Below, one piece after another: positions 48,688-56,997 of a DNA stretch of 64,000 nt (positions are counted from its first letter, which is position 1; every line of letters begins with the position of its first letter). This stretch comes from an uncultured Flavobacterium sp. (GTDB lineage: Bacteria; Bacteroidota; Bacteroidia; Flavobacteriales; Flavobacteriaceae): contig CAYPSB010000002.1 of NCBI GenBank assembly GCA_964413435.1, positions 9,189-73,188 of the forward strand, in the 5' to 3' direction. The notes beneath the pieces were generated by a model. That model was not told the origin of the DNA, did not search any database, and saw only the letters and a program-made list of their open reading frames with translations. A program made the translations under genes and the position numbers.

Positions 48688-50076
48688 ATGACTCTAATTA
48701 AATCAATATCAGGAATTCGAGGAACCATTGGCGGCAAAGTAGGCGATAATTTAACGCCGGTAGATGCGGTGAAATTTGCCTCCGCTTATGGCACTTTCCT
48801 TAAAAATAATATCAAAAAAGAGAAACTCAAAGTGGTTATTGGTCGCGATGCGCGTATTTCGGGGCCAATGATTCACAATTTAGTGGTCAATACGTTGATT
48901 GGTTTGGGCATTGATGTGATTGATTTGGGATTGTCTACAACTCCTACTGTAGAAGTTGCGGTGCCTTTGGAACAAGCCGATGGTGGTATCATTTTAACCG
49001 CTTCCCACAATCCGAAACAATGGAATGCGTTGAAATTGTTGAATGCGAAAGGAGAATTTTTGAGCGGAGCCGATGGAAGCAAAATTTTAGAAATTGCCGA
49101 AGCCGAAGCTTTTGATTTTTCGGATGTAGATAGTTTGGGAGAAGTGACCATTAATGATGCTTACATGGACATTCACATTGATGAAGTATTAGAGTTGCCA
49201 TTGGTAGATGCCGAATCAGTTGCCAAAAGAAAATTCAAAGTAGTGGTGGATGGTGTGAATTCATCGGGAGGGATTATCATTCCGAAGTTATTGGAGCAAA
49301 TGGGTGTGGAGTGTGTCAAACTATACTGCGAACCCAACGGCCATTTTCCGCACAACCCGGAACCCTTAAAGGAACACTTGGGCGACATCTGTAAATTGGT
49401 CGTTGAAGAAAAAGCCGATTTTGGAATCGTGGTAGACCCTGATGTAGACCGTTTGGCCTTTATTTCGAACGATGGCGAAATGTTTGGCGAAGAATATACT
49501 TTGGTGGCTGTAGCCGATTATGTGTTGAGCAAAACCCCGGGCAATACCGTTTCGAATATGTCGTCTTCCAGAGCGTTGCGCGACATTACCAATAAGCACA
49601 ACGGAAGCTACCAAGCCAGTGCCGTGGGAGAAGTTAATGTGGTAGAACTGATGAAGGCAACCAACGCCATTATTGGTGGCGAGGGCAACGGCGGTATCAT
49701 TTATCCGGAGTTGCATTACGGTCGTGACAGCTTGGTAGGCGTGGCATTGTTCCTGACGCATTTGGCCAATTTAGATATGACTGTAGCCGAATTGCGCGCA
49801 TCGTATCCGCAGTATTATATGAGTAAAAACAAGATTGAGCTTACGCCCCAAATTGATGTGGATGGAATTTTAAAAGCCATGACGGAAAAATATAAAACCG
49901 AAAATATATCGACGATTGACGGCGTGAAAATCGATTTTCCGACAGAGTGGGTACACTTGCGCAAGTCAAACACCGAACCGATTATTCGCATCTATACCGA
50001 GGCACCGACTCAGGAAGCAGCGGACACTTTAGCCATGCGCATCGTAAATGAAATTAAAGCAGTGGCTGGAATTTAA
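48688..50076 (+). CDS. glmM: phosphoglucosamine mutase
   Basis: 462 aa. GIRGTIG, phosphoserine loop LTASHNPKQWN, DPDVDRL and GGEGNGG. Confidence 0.9.
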   Translation: MTLIKSISGIRGTIGGKVGDNLTPVDAVKFASAYGTFLKNNIKKEKLKVVIGRDARISGPMIHNLVVNTLIGLGIDVIDLGLSTTPTVEVAVPLEQADGGIILTASHNPKQWNALKLLNAKGEFLSGADGSKILEIAEAEAFDFSDVDSLGEVTINDAYMDIHIDEVLELPLVDAESVAKRKFKVVVDGVNSSGGIIIPKLLEQMGVECVKLYCEPNGHFPHNPEPLKEHLGDICKLVVEEKADFGIVVDPDVDRLAFISNDGEMFGEEYTLVAVADYVLSKTPGNTVSNMSSSRALRDITNKHNGSYQASAVGEVNVVELMKATNAIIGGEGNGGIIYPELHYGRDSLVGVALFLTHLANLDMTVAELRASYPQYYMSKNKIELTPQIDVDGILKAMTEKYKTENISTIDGVKIDFPTEWVHLRKSNTEPIIRIYTEAPTQEAADTLAMRIVNEIKAVAGI

Positions 50077-50094
50077 TTTTAAGACATATTACTT

Positions 50095-50133
50095 AAAAAG
50101 AAACCCTTTCAATCATCGAAAGGGTTTCTTTTT
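50095..50133. terminator. bidirectional terminator between glmM(+) and the VOC gene(-)
   Basis: aagaaaccctttc-aatcatc-gaaagggtttctt, a 13-bp perfect stem flanked by A-run and T-run. Confidence 0.85.
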
Positions 50134-50142
50134 AAAATCTAA

Positions 50143-50577
50143 TTACTGTTTTTCGTTTTCATCAAAATTCACCATCCAATGAATGCCGAACTTATCTTTG
50201 AACATTCCGAAATAAGCACCCCAAAAGGTCTTATCCATAGGCATAAAAACAGTGCCACCGGCTGACAATCCGTTGAAGATTCTATCGGCCTCTGCTTTGC
50301 TTTCGGTATTGATGGAAACATGAAAATTAGTGCCCATAACTACTTCACCACTTTGTTGGTTGCTGTCTCCACCCATTAAAACAGTGTTGCCAATAGGCAG
50401 TGATACATGCATGATTCTTTCCGCATCTTGTTCAGAAATGCTTTCACAGCCTTCCATAGCGGGCATGTTTTTGTATTTCCCTATATAGGGAAACTCACCT
50501 CCAAAAACGGATTTGTAAAATAAAAATGCTTCTTCACAATTTCCGTTGAAAATTAAATAAGGATTTACTTGTGTCAT
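50143..50577 (-). CDS. VOC-superfamily protein (PhnB-like)
   Basis: 144 aa. NPYLIFNGNCEEAFLFYKSVFGG...FGIHWMV is PhnB/3-demethylubiquinone-MT-like. Confidence 0.8.
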   Translation of the reverse strand: MTQVNPYLIFNGNCEEAFLFYKSVFGGEFPYIGKYKNMPAMEGCESISEQDAERIMHVSLPIGNTVLMGGDSNQQSGEVVMGTNFHVSINTESKAEADRIFNGLSAGGTVFMPMDKTFWGAYFGMFKDKFGIHWMVNFDENEKQ

Positions 50578-50597
50578 TTGTTGATTGTTTAATTTGT

Positions 50598-51002
50598 TTA
50601 TTTGATTTCGGTATATTTTTTAAAATTATCTAAAATATTCTGCCAGCCTTGGCGTTGCATTTCTTCTGGGTTTTGGCTTTCGGGGTCAAAACTTTCGGTA
50701 ACGGTAATGCCCATCGGAGTTTCCTCAAACGTAATGTTTACTTTTCTGCCATCGGCCATTACGTATTCTATCAATGCAAATTCTTTTACTGCTGTGTATG
50801 TGCCTTCAAAATCAAAACTCATAGCACCGTCTTTAGAGGCCATAGTGGCACAAAATGTTCCGCCTATTTTAAGGTCGTTGCTGGCTTTTGGCGTATGCCA
50901 ATCATCAGAAGCATGGTTCCATTGAGTAATGTGTTGGGGTTGAGTCCAACATTCCCAAACTTTTGTTATGGGTGCGTTTACGGTAGTTTTTATGGTTATC
51001 AT
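50598..51002 (-). CDS. SRPBCC (Aha1/AHSA1-like) domain protein
   Basis: 134 aa. ...VWECWTQPQHITQW...GWQNILDNFKKY pattern. Confidence 0.75.
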   Translation of the reverse strand: MITIKTTVNAPITKVWECWTQPQHITQWNHASDDWHTPKASNDLKIGGTFCATMASKDGAMSFDFEGTYTAVKEFALIEYVMADGRKVNITFEETPMGITVTESFDPESQNPEEMQRQGWQNILDNFKKYTEIK

Positions 51003-51361
51003 TTTTTTTGTTTGTTATTGTTTTCGGTTACTTTGAATTGTACTATTTTGCTAATTAATTCATGAGGAATCGGTTGGTTTAAAGGAAATTGTACAGCTCC
51101 TTTAGAGTTTTTATACGAAGTTATATCTTTTTCAAAAGCTTTGATGCCGGATGCGGTGGGATAAAAACCGATGTGGTTTTTACAGGCTGCAAAATATACT
51201 AAAACACCACCGTATTTAAAGGCAGGCATTTGGTAGCTGATGGTTTCTTCAGCCTGAGGCGCTGCTCTTTTTATGGTTTGCCTGATCGATTTCAACAGCT
51301 CCTGCATTGCTTCTGTTTGTTGAGCAATATATTCGTCTACCGTTTTAAAAGATGTTTTCAT
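50999..51361 (-). CDS. DUF1801 (YdhG-like) domain protein
   Basis: 120 aa. VDEYIAQQTE...ISYQMPAFKY...HIGFYP. ATGA overlap with the downstream gene. Confidence 0.78.
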   Translation of the reverse strand: MKTSFKTVDEYIAQQTEAMQELLKSIRQTIKRAAPQAEETISYQMPAFKYGGVLVYFAACKNHIGFYPTASGIKAFEKDITSYKNSKGAVQFPLNQPIPHELISKIVQFKVTENNNKQKK

Positions 51362-51571
51362 TTATATTAAAATTTCACATGAATAGCCCTGAGATTGCAT
51401 CGCTTCTATGATGGTTGACGGATTGATATTTCGGCCTTCAATGCGCAATATTTTATCACAATCCTCTAAATCAAATCCAATAGAAAAACCAGAAAACCGA
51501 TCAGACAAAAGTGCCACTAAGGTATTTGCCTGTTTTTTTTCCTGAACATTCGTTTTGAATATTTCTACCAT
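51362..51571 (-). CDS. small hypothetical protein (69 aa)
   Basis: Its stop abuts the next start with 0 nt gap. No cysteine or metal motif. Possible beta-alpha-beta fold by pattern only. Confidence 0.55.
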   Translation of the reverse strand: MVEIFKTNVQEKKQANTLVALLSDRFSGFSIGFDLEDCDKILRIEGRNINPSTIIEAMQSQGYSCEILI

Positions 51572-51612
51572 ATTTCCTCGACTTTATAAAGCAAGCTTGA
51601 AAAACAACTTAC

Positions 51613-51990
51613 TTATTTTTCGGTTGCAATTGGATTCAGTTTGTGATGATATACATAAGATACAACCAATATGGCTAAGAAAATTAATGGGAATGCGGCA
51701 GAAAAATTGAATCCCTCTACACAAGTATAACTGATACTGGCAAAAATAAAATCGAATCCGAAACCGGCATAAGCCCATTCTTTTATGTTTTTGGGTATTT
51801 TGGGGATAATCAAAATCAACGATCCTAAAACTTTAAACACTACTAACGCAGTTCCAAAATATTCAGGATACCCTAAATGTCGAATGCCCTCCTTAGCCAT
51901 CTCGGTTTGAGAGGTGAATGCCGGCATGACACCTTCAAAGAGAAAGAGAATACCGGTGGTAACCCAAAAAATGATTTTGTCTTTTTTCAT
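51613..51990 (-). CDS. DoxX-like membrane protein
   Basis: 125 aa with four hydrophobic helices. First gene of a five-gene minus-strand cluster. Confidence 0.7.
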   Translation of the reverse strand: MKKDKIIFWVTTGILFLFEGVMPAFTSQTEMAKEGIRHLGYPEYFGTALVVFKVLGSLILIIPKIPKNIKEWAYAGFGFDFIFASISYTCVEGFNFSAAFPLIFLAILVVSYVYHHKLNPIATEK

Positions 51991-52020
51991 AAGTTATTTG
52001 TTTTTAATAGATTAGTATAA

Positions 52021-52028
52021 CAAATGTA
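52021..52028 (-). promoter_or_regulatory. -7 box (TACATTTG on minus) for the DoxX five-gene cluster
   Basis: CAAATGTA on the plus strand, 31 nt upstream of start 51990. Confidence 0.5.
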
Positions 52029-52093
52029 ATTTAGAAATTTGTACCGAGGATAACCAAAAAAGTTAAACTTAGGGGCATTTAGGACAAATTAAG

Positions 52094-52101
52094 TATTTTT
52101 G
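52094..52101 (+). promoter_or_regulatory. -7 box (TATTTTTG) for the GlxA/AraC regulator
   Basis: 14 nt before the ATG at 52116. Divergent from the DoxX cluster promoter. Confidence 0.5.
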
Positions 52102-52115
52102 AGTAAACAACCATT

Positions 52116-53090
52116 ATGAAACGAATCGGATTAGTATTGCCATTGGATTATAAGCTTTTGAGTGTGGCGGCACTCTTGGAAGTGTTGGAAACTACCAATA
52201 AATTGGTTGTTCAACAAGGACAAGACCTTCCTTTCTCTATTCATTTGTATCAAGTGCCCGCTCAACTTGAAAGTGGTGAAGCTACTTTTCACGATTACAG
52301 CATTCAATCCGTAAATAAGGTTGGAGGCATATTGGATTTGATATTGATTCCTGCATTTACCACTTCGGATATGCAGGCTACCATTGGTAAAAACAGAGCT
52401 TATATTCCGTGGTTGCAGCACCAATATCAGGGTGGCGCTGAAATTGCCAGTTTTTGCTCGGGCGCATTTTTATTTGGAGCATCAGGCTTATTAAACGGAA
52501 AAAGTGCCACTACTCATATTGATGCCTGCCCGGCTTTTGCCCGCATCTTCCCCGAAGTAAATTTGAAACCAAACGAAACCGTTACAGCAGACAGCCGGAC
52601 TTTTACCAGCGGAGGATCAACTTCTTTATTTCATTTGATTATTTTGTTGGTACAAAAATATTGCGGACACGAAATAGCCATTCAGGTTGCTAAGTTGTTT
52701 GCCATTGATATGGATCGATACCAACAAAGTTATTTCGGTACTTTTCGACCAAATTATACGCATAATGATGCGCTGGTTTCTTCAGTGCAAGAGAAGATTG
52801 AGAAGCATTTTGATAAAATTGAAAGTTTAGACGAAGTGTTGCAAGATGTTCCTGCAAGCCGTCGCAATTTGGTTCGACGATTTAAACTGGCTACCGGTAT
52901 TCCACCTATCGAATACCTGCAAAATATAAGAATAGAAACCGCAAAACGACATTTGGAGCAAGGCCGCCTTTCGGTTTCGGAAATCATTGACAAGTCAGGC
53001 TATACCGATCCGAAATCATTTCGAAAGATCTTTCAAAAAGTAGTAGGGATGAAGCCGTTGGAGTATCGGGAGAAATTTAAAGTGCGTTAA
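52116..53090 (+). CDS. GlxA-type transcriptional regulator (DJ-1/PfpI-like domain + AraC HTH)
   Basis: 324 aa. The C-terminal ...IEYLQNIRIETAKRHLE...SEIIDKSGYTDPKSFRKIFQKVVGMKPLEYR is an AraC HTH. The N-half is GATase1-like. Confidence 0.85.
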   Translation: MKRIGLVLPLDYKLLSVAALLEVLETTNKLVVQQGQDLPFSIHLYQVPAQLESGEATFHDYSIQSVNKVGGILDLILIPAFTTSDMQATIGKNRAYIPWLQHQYQGGAEIASFCSGAFLFGASGLLNGKSATTHIDACPAFARIFPEVNLKPNETVTADSRTFTSGGSTSLFHLIILLVQKYCGHEIAIQVAKLFAIDMDRYQQSYFGTFRPNYTHNDALVSSVQEKIEKHFDKIESLDEVLQDVPASRRNLVRRFKLATGIPPIEYLQNIRIETAKRHLEQGRLSVSEIIDKSGYTDPKSFRKIFQKVVGMKPLEYREKFKVR

Positions 53091-53092
53091 TG

Positions 53093-54010
53093 TTATTTTT
53101 TCTCAATCCATAGACTACCACCAATATTCTGATATGTTAAAGGCATTTTTTCGTATACTTCTTTATGTAGCAAATGCATGTAGTGATTGAAGTATTTAAT
53201 TTCATACTGATTATTGTACATCAGAAACGCTCTTAGGATATAATCTTCATTCCAGTTGTACCCTCTGTAAATCCAGTCTTTCGGATATTCAAAGGGATAA
53301 AAGATATCATGAAAATGAATAATTACCCCGCTTTTGAGCGAAGGTAAAATTTCAAACAAAATGTAATTCACATCACTTCCGGTTTTGGTTACATGGGTAC
53401 TGTCCACAAAAAGGATGTCACCGGCGTTCAATTTTTCGAATACATCCAACGGGATAGTTTGTGCATCATTCGGAAAAATAGTGACGTTTTTTTTATCAGT
53501 TTCAGTTATCAGCGAGTACAGTCTCTCCGGATACGGATCGATGAACGTCAGCTTTATTTCATTGTTGAAAAACAATTCGTTGGTGTCAAGCATCAGGGCA
53601 GAGGTGTGTCCGGAACCGATTTCAATGATTTGTTTCGGTTTGTAATGACGTATCATGGAATACAAGATGATGCCGTCAGTATACGAATAGGATGAATTTT
53701 CAAACTGATAGCGTTGATTGTCATCTTTTATACTTTTAAAAGGCATTTCGTCATAATATCCTTCAAATGCTTTAGCCAGTTGTTTTTGATGTTCTGTTCT
53801 CAAATCAATTCCTGCAATTCCCTCAACGTTGAGGTTTTTCCATATTTGATCTTCCCGACTTTTAATTTCGGCAATGTTAAAAACCGGAGAATAAAAATGA
53901 CCGTTAGGAAAAAGGCACTGTTGCGACTGCTGATACAACGGTTTTATATAAGGCAGCTTGTTCAGTTGCGCTTTTATGAGGTTATAGATTTTAGTTTTTA
54001 ATTTCATCAA
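53093..54010 (-). CDS. class I SAM-dependent methyltransferase
   Basis: 305 aa. Motif I IIEIGSGHTSAL, LTFIDP and ILFVDSTH (Methyltransf_24/CmcI-like by eye). N-terminal FPNGHFYSPV motif. Confidence 0.8.
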   Translation of the reverse strand: MMKLKTKIYNLIKAQLNKLPYIKPLYQQSQQCLFPNGHFYSPVFNIAEIKSREDQIWKNLNVEGIAGIDLRTEHQKQLAKAFEGYYDEMPFKSIKDDNQRYQFENSSYSYTDGIILYSMIRHYKPKQIIEIGSGHTSALMLDTNELFFNNEIKLTFIDPYPERLYSLITETDKKNVTIFPNDAQTIPLDVFEKLNAGDILFVDSTHVTKTGSDVNYILFEILPSLKSGVIIHFHDIFYPFEYPKDWIYRGYNWNEDYILRAFLMYNNQYEIKYFNHYMHLLHKEVYEKMPLTYQNIGGSLWIEKK

Positions 54011-54055
54011 TTTAGATTTTCTTTAGTAGAGATTTGACAATGAAACTTTCTGAAT

Positions 54056-56680
54056 TTACATAGTTCCATCTTCGTTTTCTTTGTCCAGATACTCCTGAAC
54101 AATCTCAATGGCATTGGTTACCACATCACTCAAAGCAGTTATAAATGTACCTTCCTGAGCACTGTTGATGGCGTGTTTAATGGCCTCGGTTTCCTTGGTG
54201 ATGATTTCATGAGTGACTGATTTTCCCGAAGATTGTATGCCCTCCATGATTAGACCGATGATTTCTTCTTCGGTACGGCCTCTTAAATGTTTTTCCTGTC
54301 TGATGATGATGTGATCAAACATTCTGGCCGCAATGGTTGCACATTCTTTGATGTCTTCGTCGCGTCGGTCTCCTACACCGGCAATGATACCGATTTTTTT
54401 TGTGGCTTCTACTGACGATAAATATTCTTCTACACCGCGATATCCGGACGGATTATGCGCGAAGTCGATCATGACTTTGAATCTTTTGAAATCAAAAATA
54501 TTCATACGACCCGGCGTTTGTGCGGCACTCGGAATAAAGGTTTGCAATGACAGGCTGATGTCTTCGGTTTTGAATCCTTGTAAATACGCTGCCAGCGTAG
54601 CAGCCAAGGCATTAGCAATCATGAATTTGGCTTTACCACCCAAGGTTAACGGAACGTGTGTGGCTCTCTCAACCCTGATTTTCCATTCGCCTTTTTTAAT
54701 GGTAATGTACCCGTTTTCATAAACGGCCACAATTTTTCCTTCTTTGGCGAACTTTTGAACCGTAGGATTGTTCTCGTCTAAGCTGAAGTAGGCAATGTTG
54801 CAACTCAATTCGTTGGCAATTTTCAGACATTGCTCATCTTCGGCATTCAAAATGGCCCAACCGTCTTTTTTAACCGATCGGACCACGACACTTTTAACCC
54901 GTGCCAAATCATCTAAAGTATGAATGTCGGCCAAGCCTAAATGATCTTCTTGTATGTTGGTTATGATGGCAATATCGCAACGACTAAACCCTAAACCGGC
55001 TCTCAGGATTCCACCACGGGCAGTTTCTAAAACGGCGAATTCGACCGTTGGATCTTTTAAAATGTATTCGGCAGATAATGGTCCGGTAGTATCGCCTTTT
55101 TCCATCATGTGGTTTTGGATGTAAATTCCGTCGGATGTGGTGAATCCTACTTTGTATCCGTTGTTTTTAACAATATGGGCAATCAAACGGGTAGTGGTGG
55201 TTTTACCGTTGGTTCCGGTTACGGCTATAATGGGTATGCGACTGGGTTTTCCCGGTGGGTAAAGCATATCAATTACAGGAGCAGCCACGTTTCTGGGTAA
55301 CCCTTCACTCGGTGCCAAGTGCATGCGGAATCCTGGAGCGGCATTCACTTCAAGGATACAGCCTCCGTTCTCTTTGAGGGGTTGTGTAAGGTTTTCGGCC
55401 ATGATATCAATACCGCAAATATCCAGTCCTATGACGCGCGAAATGCGTTCGCACAGAAATATGTTCTCGGGATGCATCATGTCGGTCACATCTACTGACG
55501 TTCCGCCGGTGCTGAGGTTTGCTGTTGATTTAAGGTATACGATTTCTCCGTTTTTGGGAACGGTTTCTAAAGTGTAATTTAATTTTTCGAGCAAGTCTAG
55601 GGTGTCTCTGTCTACGTCAATTTCAGTCAGTACATTTTCATGTCCGTATCCGCGGCGTGGATCTTTGTTGGTTTCTTCAATTAATTTTTGGATGCTGTCT
55701 GAGCCGTTACCCACCACGTGAGCCGGAACTCTTTTGGCAGCAGCTACCAGTTTATTATCAATGATTAAAACCCTGAAGTCGAAGCCCGTGATGAATTTTT
55801 CTACTATGACTCTGCGGCTGTATTTTTGGGCATAAGCTAAGCCCGATACTGCATCTTCCCAAGTCACTACGTTAATGGAAGCTCCTTTTCCGTGATTTCC
55901 ATCGAGTGGTTTGATTACGATGGGGTAGCCTATTTTTTTTATGGTATTTTCTAAATCTTCTTCGTCTACACAAATACTGCCGCTGGCCACCGGAATAGAA
56001 GCCATATCAAGCATGCGTTTGGTTTCTTCCTTGTTACAGGCAATGTCAACCGCTATATTGCTGGTTTTGCAGGTAATGGTAGCCTGAAAGCGCATTTGGT
56101 TGATGCCGTATCCTAATTGTACTAAGGAGTTAGTTCCTAAACGAATCCACGGAATATCACGTGCTACAGCCTCATCAACAATACTTCCTGTCGAAGGCCC
56201 TAAACGCACCCGTTCTCTTATTTCGCGCATTTTTTGGATGTCGGCTTCAACATTATATGATGTGCCGGCTATTAAAGCTTCGGCTATGGCTACGGCGCTT
56301 TCAGCAGCAAACATTCCCACGCTTTCTTCGGTGTAGCTGAACACTACGTTGTATACCCCGGGTGTTTTAGTTTCTCGGGTTCTCCCGAAACCGGTTTCCA
56401 TACCGGCCAATGTTTGAATTTCGAGGGCAATGTGTTCAATCACGTGTCCCATCCAAGTGCCTCGTTCTACTCTTGAAAAAAAGCCTCCTCTAGTACCTTC
56501 GGAGCAGCGGTGTTCAATCATGGTAGGGAACATGGCTTCTATGCGCTCGCGGAAACCTTCAATTTTGTTAGTAGGCGATTGTTCCATTTCCTCCAGATCC
56601 AAACGCATTTGGATTAATTTTTTGCGTTGTACACTCCAAATATTCGGTCCGCGTAATGCTTGTATTTTCAGAATCTTCAT
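54056..56680 (-). CDS. cphA: cyanophycin synthetase (CphA1-type)
   Basis: 874 aa. N-domain MKILKIQALRGPNIWS...RLDLEE, central ATP-grasp, and a Mur-ligase-like M domain with P-loop VTGTNGKTTT. Confidence 0.92.
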   Translation of the reverse strand: MKILKIQALRGPNIWSVQRKKLIQMRLDLEEMEQSPTNKIEGFRERIEAMFPTMIEHRCSEGTRGGFFSRVERGTWMGHVIEHIALEIQTLAGMETGFGRTRETKTPGVYNVVFSYTEESVGMFAAESAVAIAEALIAGTSYNVEADIQKMREIRERVRLGPSTGSIVDEAVARDIPWIRLGTNSLVQLGYGINQMRFQATITCKTSNIAVDIACNKEETKRMLDMASIPVASGSICVDEEDLENTIKKIGYPIVIKPLDGNHGKGASINVVTWEDAVSGLAYAQKYSRRVIVEKFITGFDFRVLIIDNKLVAAAKRVPAHVVGNGSDSIQKLIEETNKDPRRGYGHENVLTEIDVDRDTLDLLEKLNYTLETVPKNGEIVYLKSTANLSTGGTSVDVTDMMHPENIFLCERISRVIGLDICGIDIMAENLTQPLKENGGCILEVNAAPGFRMHLAPSEGLPRNVAAPVIDMLYPPGKPSRIPIIAVTGTNGKTTTTRLIAHIVKNNGYKVGFTTSDGIYIQNHMMEKGDTTGPLSAEYILKDPTVEFAVLETARGGILRAGLGFSRCDIAIITNIQEDHLGLADIHTLDDLARVKSVVVRSVKKDGWAILNAEDEQCLKIANELSCNIAYFSLDENNPTVQKFAKEGKIVAVYENGYITIKKGEWKIRVERATHVPLTLGGKAKFMIANALAATLAAYLQGFKTEDISLSLQTFIPSAAQTPGRMNIFDFKRFKVMIDFAHNPSGYRGVEEYLSSVEATKKIGIIAGVGDRRDEDIKECATIAARMFDHIIIRQEKHLRGRTEEEIIGLIMEGIQSSGKSVTHEIITKETEAIKHAINSAQEGTFITALSDVVTNAIEIVQEYLDKENEDGTM

Positions 56681-56997
56681 AGTTAGGATGGTTAATGATA
56701 TGAAATGTTAATGATTTTGTTAAAAATAGAAAAATATTTGTTTGTTGGTACTACTTTTTTTGCACAAAAGTGAAAAAGAGGATGAGGCTGGAGTTTGGTA
56801 GCTTTTTTTGAATTTGATTTTCAGGTTTTTAGGAGTTTTGTGCTGCGGCAAAAATGACACTCAGACTTTATGAAGTGAGGATTTTCAAAATGCAAATTGC
56901 TTACAGATACAAAAGACGACAGCCGTTTAGCCCCGATGGGAGTGGCTACCGTGTAGCGCGGACAGCGGGAAAAGGGATTTCAAAAAGGCGCAAGCCA

